This document shows, in pieces, positions 57,575 to 64,000 of a DNA stretch of 64,000 bases; the stretch's first letter is position 1; every line of letters starts with the position of its first letter. The stretch is taken from contig JAFSVF010000007.1 of the NCBI GenBank assembly GCA_017450205.1, positions 44,060-108,059 on the forward strand. The letters run 5' to 3'. The position numbers and the translations under genes were made by a program. The DNA comes from Bacilli bacterium (GTDB lineage: Bacteria; Bacillota_I; Bacilli_A; RF39; UBA660). Below the pieces are notes generated by a model that was not told the origin of the DNA, did not search any database, and saw nothing but the letters and a program-made list of their open reading frames with translations.

Positions 57575-60500
57575 TTAACATGAATTACTAATTCTAATTG
57601 TCTTAGATTTTATAGTTTTTCTTGTTGAATCATCTATTAAATCAAATCTAATTGAATATGTATTTCCATCACTTATATTTGCACAAGATGTTTGTGAATT
57701 ACTTGAGTTATAACAAGTAGCTTGAATACTTAATCCAGCACTACTAGGACTAATAGTTGAACCATTTCTTTTAACATCAACCTTTGATTCAGCAGAAGCA
57801 CCACCAGTAGAAGAGTAAGCAGAGTAGCTTAAGCAATCACTTCCTTTGAATGATATGTCATAGTTTTGAATGTCTCCACCATTTTCTACTTTAGTAGAAG
57901 CACCAGTAGACATATTAGCAGTAAAGTTAGAATATGATGATTTAACTATATAAGTTGTATCTCCAGCAGGTAAGTTAACTGTCATTGTTGTATTAGTAGT
58001 AAATCCTAAATCAACTGTACCACTAGATGTTTGTTGGTAAACTCTATAACCAGGAGTACCAAATACTGAATTATTATAATTAATTCTATCATTTACCATT
58101 CTTTCAGCCCATGGTTTATAAATCTTAGAATCATTAAAGTATTTATTTAACCATTCATTACTAACAGCATTAGGTGTATAAGCGTTCCAACTTAATGTTA
58201 CTTGTGAACCATTTCTTGTAGCTTTAAGTCCACTAACATTTTCAAGTCTTGCAAATCTTTCACTTACCGTATCAGGTGCAGTACCATCTCTAAAGTAAGC
58301 AACTTCTTTTAAATCATTTGGAGTAAATTCTGATGCTAATTGAATAGGATCAGTACCTAACTCGATAGTTACTTCTTCAACTGTTGAAGGTTTAGTAAAT
58401 GTTCTATTCTTTTCCATAATACCTTTAACAAGTGATTTAGTAATAGCTTTTCTAGCAGCACCACCTTCTTCATTAAGTAGGTAGTGATCTTTTGTAATCT
58501 TATCATAACCATACCATGTAGATATTACATAGTCTGGTGAATAAACATTTTCCCAAGAGTCACCAATTAAGTTCCCTTTAATACCAAGGTCTCTCTTAAT
58601 AGCTGCATCTACAGTAGATGTTCCAGTTTTAGCACATATATCAGTTCCAGATACTGTTCCTGATGAAACAGCTCCAGAAGTAACAGCATATTTTAATATT
58701 TGAGTAATAATATAAGCAGTATCTTCGCTCATAACTTCTTTTCTAACAGGGTTAACTCTATAAGTTTCTCCAGTATCAGTATATTCAATTGTTCTAACTG
58801 AATATGGTTCAATATAAACGCCACCTCTAGCAAAAGCACCATAAGCAGCAGAACTTTGAAGTGGGTTAACTCCATCAAAACCGCCAATTGAGTTAGTTTC
58901 AAGTAAGTTACCATTACCATCTTCAATAGGATACCATCCTAAGTTATTAGCAAATTCTTTCTTTTGGGCATTTGTAGTTAATTGGAATGTTTGTAGAGCA
59001 GGGATATTTCTTGATTGAGCAAGAGCATATCTAACTGTCATAACACCTTTATATTTATTATCCCAGTTCTTAATAGAACCACCACTAGAGTAATTATATT
59101 CTAAGTCTACTACTGTATTAGATGAACCCCATCCTAAATACTCAATTGCAGGACCATAATCAATTACAGGTTTTGCAGTAGAACCAGGATGTCTTGAAAT
59201 TTGTGTAGCATAGTTATAACTACGTTCACTAGTTTTATTTCTACCACCACCAATGGCAACTATTGATCCATCTTTAACAGATGTAACAGCAATACCAACT
59301 TGGCTATATTCATTTTTATATTTAAAGTCTTGTCCATATTTACTAAATTCACCATTAGTTATATCATTAACAACATTTTGTTTTTCAGGAACCATTGTAG
59401 TATGAATAACCATTGATACATTATATGGATTATTACCAGTTCTTTTAATTACTTCATCAACAACTGTATCTATAAATGATACATTTGGATTAACACCACT
59501 ATTACTTTTTTCTCTAATTAAATCTTTAACATGAATTTTTTTAGCAGCTTCACATTCTTCATCTGAAATATATCCATGTCTCTTCATTAAGTTTAATACA
59601 ATATTTTTTCTTTGATTTGCTTTCTCACTACTATTAAATGGATTATAAGAATCAGGAGCTTGATATAAACCAGCAATCATTGCAGCTTCTGGTAAAGTTA
59701 ATTCTTTAACACTCTTACCAAAATAAGCATTACTTGCTTGTTCAACACCATAAGCTGCTCCTAAATAAGGAATATTAGTATAGAACTCTAATATTTCTTC
59801 TTTAGTATACTTCTTTTCAAGTACAAATACTGCAAGGTAAATATCAGTAAACTTTCTAATAATACCTTGAATACCAGTAGATTTAGTAGAAGTAGCAACA
59901 AGTTTAGATATTTGCATTGTTAGAGTAGAACCACCACCAGCATCACTACGACCTAGAAGTTGTCCAACAACTGCTTTAGTAAATCTTGCAAGGTCAATAC
60001 CATTGTGTTGGAAGAATCTTGAATCTTCAGTAGCAACAATAGCATCAATTAATACTTCAGGAAGTTCATCATATGTTATAACTTCACGATTTTGTTTTCC
60101 AAGTCTAGCTATTTGATTATCATTAGCATCAAGTATAACAGTAGAACTTGCTTGATATAATTTTTCCTTACTTATTTGTGGAGCATGAATTACTATATAA
60201 CTAATAAATCCAACACCTGCTAAACAAATAAGAATTAAAAGAATCATAAAGATAATTAATAATTTATCTTTAAAAGTTCCATACTTTAATCTTTTTCTTA
60301 GTCTTTTCATATCGAATCTCATCACCTTAAATCTATTCCTCAAAAAAATAATAGGCCATAAGTATACAGGAGTTCCTTTATATTTATGAAACACTAATTT
60401 ACTATATTCATCTTCGTAAATTTCTTTTCTGAGTTCTAATTTATTATATACTTTTTTAGTATTTCTTTTAAATAGTGGAGTAGAAACTTTACATTTCCTT

Positions 60501-60853
60501 TTCTTAGATTTTGTAGTTTGCTTTATTGGTTTTTTAAGTTGATTTCCTTCTAAAACAATTAAATTGTATTTTTTAGGTATACCATCTTTTTCAGTACTTT
60601 TTCTTTTCTTTGTATTAGTTTTTTTCTTAGTAGTATTTTTAACTTTATTTGTTGTTGTAGTTTTCTTAGGAGTCTTAGCTTTACTAGTACTAGTGGAAGT
60701 TTTCTTTTCTTCTTTAGTAGAAGTTTTAGTACTAGTTTTATTAGTACTTGTACTTTTCTTAGTAGAAGTAGTTTTCTTTTTAGTACTAGTCTTACTACTT
60801 GTAGTCTTTTTAGTATCTATTTCTTTTTCTTTTTGTTTCTTACTATTTGCCAT
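57575..60853 (-). CDS. ponA: class A penicillin-binding protein (GT51 transglycosylase + transpeptidase) with K/T/S-rich N-terminal tail
   Basis: GT51 motifs EDSRFFQHNGID and GGSTLTMQ. Transpeptidase STAK (SxxK) and KTGTS motifs. A roughly 200-aa low-complexity N-terminus precedes the TM. 1092 aa. Confidence 0.9.
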   Translation of the reverse strand: MANSKKQKEKEIDTKKTTSSKTSTKKKTTSTKKSTSTNKTSTKTSTKEEKKTSTSTSKAKTPKKTTTTNKVKNTTKKKTNTKKRKSTEKDGIPKKYNLIVLEGNQLKKPIKQTTKSKKRKCKVSTPLFKRNTKKVYNKLELRKEIYEDEYSKLVFHKYKGTPVYLWPIIFLRNRFKVMRFDMKRLRKRLKYGTFKDKLLIIFMILLILICLAGVGFISYIVIHAPQISKEKLYQASSTVILDANDNQIARLGKQNREVITYDELPEVLIDAIVATEDSRFFQHNGIDLARFTKAVVGQLLGRSDAGGGSTLTMQISKLVATSTKSTGIQGIIRKFTDIYLAVFVLEKKYTKEEILEFYTNIPYLGAAYGVEQASNAYFGKSVKELTLPEAAMIAGLYQAPDSYNPFNSSEKANQRKNIVLNLMKRHGYISDEECEAAKKIHVKDLIREKSNSGVNPNVSFIDTVVDEVIKRTGNNPYNVSMVIHTTMVPEKQNVVNDITNGEFSKYGQDFKYKNEYSQVGIAVTSVKDGSIVAIGGGRNKTSERSYNYATQISRHPGSTAKPVIDYGPAIEYLGWGSSNTVVDLEYNYSSGGSIKNWDNKYKGVMTVRYALAQSRNIPALQTFQLTTNAQKKEFANNLGWYPIEDGNGNLLETNSIGGFDGVNPLQSSAAYGAFARGGVYIEPYSVRTIEYTDTGETYRVNPVRKEVMSEDTAYIITQILKYAVTSGAVSSGTVSGTDICAKTGTSTVDAAIKRDLGIKGNLIGDSWENVYSPDYVISTWYGYDKITKDHYLLNEEGGAARKAITKSLVKGIMEKNRTFTKPSTVEEVTIELGTDPIQLASEFTPNDLKEVAYFRDGTAPDTVSERFARLENVSGLKATRNGSQVTLSWNAYTPNAVSNEWLNKYFNDSKIYKPWAERMVNDRINYNNSVFGTPGYRVYQQTSSGTVDLGFTTNTTMTVNLPAGDTTYIVKSSYSNFTANMSTGASTKVENGGDIQNYDISFKGSDCLSYSAYSSTGGASAESKVDVKRNGSTISPSSAGLSIQATCYNSSNSQTSCANISDGNTYSIRFDLIDDSTRKTIKSKTIRISNSC

Positions 60854-60855
60854 AA

Positions 60856-61419
60856 TTACTCCTTAAAATATAATTTGTCTATTATTTCAAGATAATCAAT
60901 TCTTGGATTTATTTTTTGTTTTATTACATATCCATTTTCTTCAATAAAAGAGTAGGAAATACTTTTTTTAGTCTTATTATTTTCTATATAATTAATAATA
61001 TCATTTCCATCTAAATAATATATTAAATCATTTATACTAATTATTAAAAATGTAATACCACCATGTTCTAATACCTTCTTCATATGAAGTAGTTGATGTT
61101 CATGTATATTTTGTAAAGGAAATCTAGTAACTTCTTTAGTCTCTTTGGCATCGAAGTCTATATATTTACCCTTATATAATCCGTTGTAATCTAATGTTGA
61201 AGGTGCTTCGAAATATGCATCACTTATCTTAATTCCTTTATTAGATATCTCAGTTTTAACTATCTTAATAGGAGTAGGCTTCTTATAAATAATTGCTTTA
61301 TTAATCTCTCTATAATAATCATTAGTTAGATTAAGTAAACTTTCTAATTTCATACCTCTATTAGCATGAGATACTTTTTGTCTTTCATAAGTTTTATTTA
61401 TCTTATTAGGATATTGCAT
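60856..61419 (-). CDS. recU: Holliday junction resolvase RecU
   Basis: RecU pattern LESLLNLTNDYY...KPTPIKIV...DYNGLYKGKYIDFDAKET...FPLQNIHEHQ...GGITFLII. Conserved recU-ponA arrangement. Confidence 0.85.
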   Translation of the reverse strand: MQYPNKINKTYERQKVSHANRGMKLESLLNLTNDYYREINKAIIYKKPTPIKIVKTEISNKGIKISDAYFEAPSTLDYNGLYKGKYIDFDAKETKEVTRFPLQNIHEHQLLHMKKVLEHGGITFLIISINDLIYYLDGNDIINYIENNKTKKSISYSFIEENGYVIKQKINPRIDYLEIIDKLYFKE

Positions 61420-61536
61420 ATTCTCACCAATATAATTATATAATAAAGATAATCTTTTATCTACAATAATGATTCTTAGTAATAGGTTTTTTTATATTTG
61501 TTTGATATAATACATTTGTTGAAGGAGTGTGTTCTT

Positions 61537-62127
61537 GTGAAAATAACAAGTTCTAATTTAGAGACTATCGCAGTAAGAATGAGTCAATATCCAACTGATC
61601 ATAGAAATGAATATATGTTATGTGGTAGAAGTAACGTAGGAAAGTCAAGTTTTATTAATACCATCTTAGGTAGAAAAAACTATGCTCATACATCTTCTAA
61701 ACCAGGTAAGACTCAATCACTTAATTTCTATTTAATTAATGATGACTTTTATTTAGTAGACGTACCAGGATATGGATATGCTGATGTATCAAAAGAAAAA
61801 CAACAAAAATTTGGTCTTATGATCGAAGAATATGTTAAAACAAGAAGTAATTTAAAATGTGTATTCTTACTTGTTGATTTTAGACATAAACCTGATGAAA
61901 ATGATTGTTTAATGTATAACTTCTTAAAGTACTATGAAATACCAACAGTAATCGTAGCTACTAAATATGATAAAGTTAAACCTAGTCAAAGAGAAAAGGC
62001 AGAAAAATTACTTAGAGATACATTAAATATACTTCCAAATGACCAAGTAGTACTATTCTCATCCGTTACTAAAAAGGGAAGAGAAGAAACTTATGGCATA
62101 TTGTCAAGTTACGAAAAAAAACAATAA
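61537..62127 (+). CDS. engB: ribosome biogenesis GTP-binding protein YsxC/EngB
   Basis: GRSNVGKSSFIN G1 motif and DVPGYGY G3 motif. GTG start 9 nt after RBS gaaggag. An extended -10 TGATATAAT sits upstream at 61499-61510. Confidence 0.85.
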   Translation: MKITSSNLETIAVRMSQYPTDHRNEYMLCGRSNVGKSSFINTILGRKNYAHTSSKPGKTQSLNFYLINDDFYLVDVPGYGYADVSKEKQQKFGLMIEEYVKTRSNLKCVFLLVDFRHKPDENDCLMYNFLKYYEIPTVIVATKYDKVKPSQREKAEKLLRDTLNILPNDQVVLFSSVTKKGREETYGILSSYEKKQ

Positions 62128-62179
62128 TATAGATTTTTATTATTGTTTTTTTATGCTAATATAAAAATAGGTGATGATA

Positions 62180-62782
62180 ATGAAAAAAGGTTTTACTTTA
62201 GTTGAATTATTAGCAGTTATAGTAATAATTGGATTATTAATGACAATTGCAATTCCTGCTGTTTTAAAAATCTCTGGTAATGTAAAAGATGAAAGTTATA
62301 ATACAAAAATCAAAATGATTACTAATGGTGCTGTTTCCTATGGAGATGTTATTAAAAGAGAAAAACTAATTAATAGAGTTGGAAAAGAAGTCGTAGGTCA
62401 ATGTACAGCTTCAGGTGTACAAGAACAATGGATTAAAATATCACAAAATGCGAATACAAAAGAAGCAGAAGTAGAATGTAAAGATAGTAATCCAGATGCA
62501 GATGTACTTTATCCCGCTTATAGAATGACAGTTGAAGATTTAGCCAATGCAAAAGAAATATCTTTTGATGAAACAGATAGATGTAAAAGTGGTTCTAAAT
62601 GTACTACTGGTTCCGATTATGATAATGTAATTAAAAATCCAGTAAGCGGAAACATTATCAACAAGTGTTATGTATATATTTATTATAAGAATAATAGATT
62701 ATATGCAATCTTTGATAAGAAAACATGCAGTGAAGTAAAAGACTCAACTGCAGGTCATGAATATAAAGACATTTTAGCATAA
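62180..62782 (+). CDS. type IV pilin / prepilin-type N-terminal cleavage-methylation domain protein
   Basis: Class III signal MKKG^FTLVELLAVIVIIGLL and C-terminal Cys pairs. Confidence 0.75.
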   Translation: MKKGFTLVELLAVIVIIGLLMTIAIPAVLKISGNVKDESYNTKIKMITNGAVSYGDVIKREKLINRVGKEVVGQCTASGVQEQWIKISQNANTKEAEVECKDSNPDADVLYPAYRMTVEDLANAKEISFDETDRCKSGSKCTTGSDYDNVIKNPVSGNIINKCYVYIYYKNNRLYAIFDKKTCSEVKDSTAGHEYKDILA

Positions 62783-62858
62783 TTCTAAAAAGCCTAAATA
62801 ATTGATATTTAGGTTTTTTTATGCTATTATAAAGGCACTTTATGAAGGGGTGATATAT

Positions 62859-64000
62859 ATGAGAAAAACAGTATGTTTAGTAGGTAGACCAAATACTGGA
62901 AAATCATCTTTATTTAATAGAATGGTAATGCAAAATAAAGCTATTATTAGTGATACTGCAGGTACTACTAGAGATAGACTTTATGGGGTTTGTTATCATA
63001 ATGATAAATCTTTTACAGTTATAGATACTGGTGGTATTGATTTAGAGAATGCAGATTTTAATACTAATATTAGAATGCAAGCAGAACTTGCTATTGATGA
63101 AGCAGATGTAATTGTATTCGTAGTAGATGGAAAAGAAGACTTAACACAAAATGATTATGAAGTAAGAAATATGTTAATGCGTACTGATAAAAAAGTAATT
63201 GTTGCAGTTAATAAAATAGATAATCCCGAAAGAGAAGAAAATATATATAACTTCTACGAATTAGGATTTGAACATATAGTTACTATCTCAGTAGAACATA
63301 AAAGACACATTACTGAACTTCTAGATTTGATTACTGAAGATTTTCCTCCATATTCAACTGAACCAAGAGATTCTGTTTGTAGATTCTCACTAATTGGTAG
63401 ACCAAATGTAGGTAAATCAAGTTTAGTAAATGCAATCCTTGGAGAAGAGCGTCAAATAGTATCTAACGTTGAAGGTACTACAAGAGATGCTAGCGACTCT
63501 AGATTTACATATAATCATGAAGACTATATCGTAGTAGATACTGCAGGTATAAGAAAACGTGGAAAAATCTATGAAGAACTAGAAAAGTATTCAATTATTA
63601 GAGGATTTAGAGCAATCGAAAGAAGTGATGTATGTTGTGTTGTTATTGATGCTGAAGCTGGTATCATTGAACAAGATAAACATATAGTTCAATATGCTCT
63701 AGAAAATAATAAAGCAATCGTACTTGTAGTTAATAAATGGGATACAGTTAAAAATAAAGATCAAGCTTTAAAAGAATGGAAATTAAAAATTCAAAACGAA
63801 TTCCAATTCATTCCATATGTAAGAACAGTATTCTTAAGTGCTAAAGAAAAACCAAAAGTTCCAGAACTTATGGATGCTATTATTAAAGCTTACGAATCAT
63901 TTACTAAAGAAGTTAAAACAAGTACTATAAATGATATTATTAGAGATGCTTATGCTCTACACATGGCACCAAGTTATAAAAAGAATAGACTTAAGATATT
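62859..64000 (+). CDS. der: GTPase Der/EngA (partial, runs off window end)
   Basis: Two GTPase domains: GRPNTGKSSLFN...DTGG and GRPNVGKSSLVN...DTAG. RBS gaagggg. Confidence 0.9.
   Translation, partial: MRKTVCLVGRPNTGKSSLFNRMVMQNKAIISDTAGTTRDRLYGVCYHNDKSFTVIDTGGIDLENADFNTNIRMQAELAIDEADVIVFVVDGKEDLTQNDYEVRNMLMRTDKKVIVAVNKIDNPEREENIYNFYELGFEHIVTISVEHKRHITELLDLITEDFPPYSTEPRDSVCRFSLIGRPNVGKSSLVNAILGEERQIVSNVEGTTRDASDSRFTYNHEDYIVVDTAGIRKRGKIYEELEKYSIIRGFRAIERSDVCCVVIDAEAGIIEQDKHIVQYALENNKAIVLVVNKWDTVKNKDQALKEWKLKIQNEFQFIPYVRTVFLSAKEKPKVPELMDAIIKAYESFTKEVKTSTINDIIRDAYALHMAPSYKKNRLKI

Noticed and set aside
9174-58926. Other short ORFs nested in or antisense to large genes (9174, 13082, 15963, 19420, 28900, 32844, 33950, 34226, 35258, 36941, 37810, 39472, 42672, 45465, 45592, 50421, 55699, 58729)
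   Set aside because: Each is fully contained in a better-supported gene on the same or opposite strand. All are AT-rich-genome frame artefacts with no start signals.
57575-60853. Possible CRISPR or tandem-repeat array in the 60600-60850 region
   Set aside because: The repetitiveness is codon-level low complexity (Lys/Thr/Ser codons) inside a continuous reading frame. There are no repeat-spacer units.
60564-60866. 100-aa V/L/F-rich plus-strand ORF
   Set aside because: It is the antisense shadow of the K/T/S-rich N-terminal tail of the minus-strand PBP gene and has no independent signals.

Overview
Low-GC (roughly 27-30% by eye) Firmicutes-type chromosomal segment, with RecU, a ponA-like class A PBP and EngB/Der pointing to Bacilli or Erysipelotrichia-like lineages. 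The left end is a housekeeping backbone: rpoB 3' end, rpoC, ldh, a COG0523 GTPase, adenosine deaminase and pyruvate kinase. Next comes an unusual density of paralogous multi-TM sensor histidine kinases. These are two tandem kinases on the minus strand, one of which lacks the phospho-acceptor His, three hybrid kinases on the plus strand, and a stand-alone receiver-only protein. No DNA-binding response regulator is visible anywhere in the window. The middle holds a tRNA-Met, an Fe-ADH, flavoproteins and a HAD hydrolase. It also holds a small accessory islet with a YhcG-type PDDEXK nuclease, a HipA-like kinase, a mini-kinase and a lipoprotein. After rpsB-tsf, the usual pyrH-frr continuation is replaced by a roughly 12.4 kb, tightly overlapping 12-gene operon that reads as a natural-product cluster. 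Its genes are a DUF1846 protein, a nucleoside-deoxyribosyltransferase-fold protein, a radical SAM/SPASM enzyme, a GT-B-like protein, a DegT aminotransferase, two FemAB-like transferases, a truncated DegT-like protein, a class I/II aminotransferase, a PHP phosphoesterase, an APH(3')-like kinase and an ABC-F ATPase. I read this as a candidate peptidyl-nucleoside or aminoglycoside-like antibiotic cluster with self-resistance genes. An IS110-family element with candidate bridge-RNA regions lies immediately downstream. The right end carries a membrane protein, a Fic protein, an orphan PilB-like ATPase, recU-ponA (the PBP has a long K/T/S-rich N-terminal tail), engB, a type IV pilin and the start of der. 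All functional calls rest on motif recognition by eye and on the ORF track; no database searches were run.
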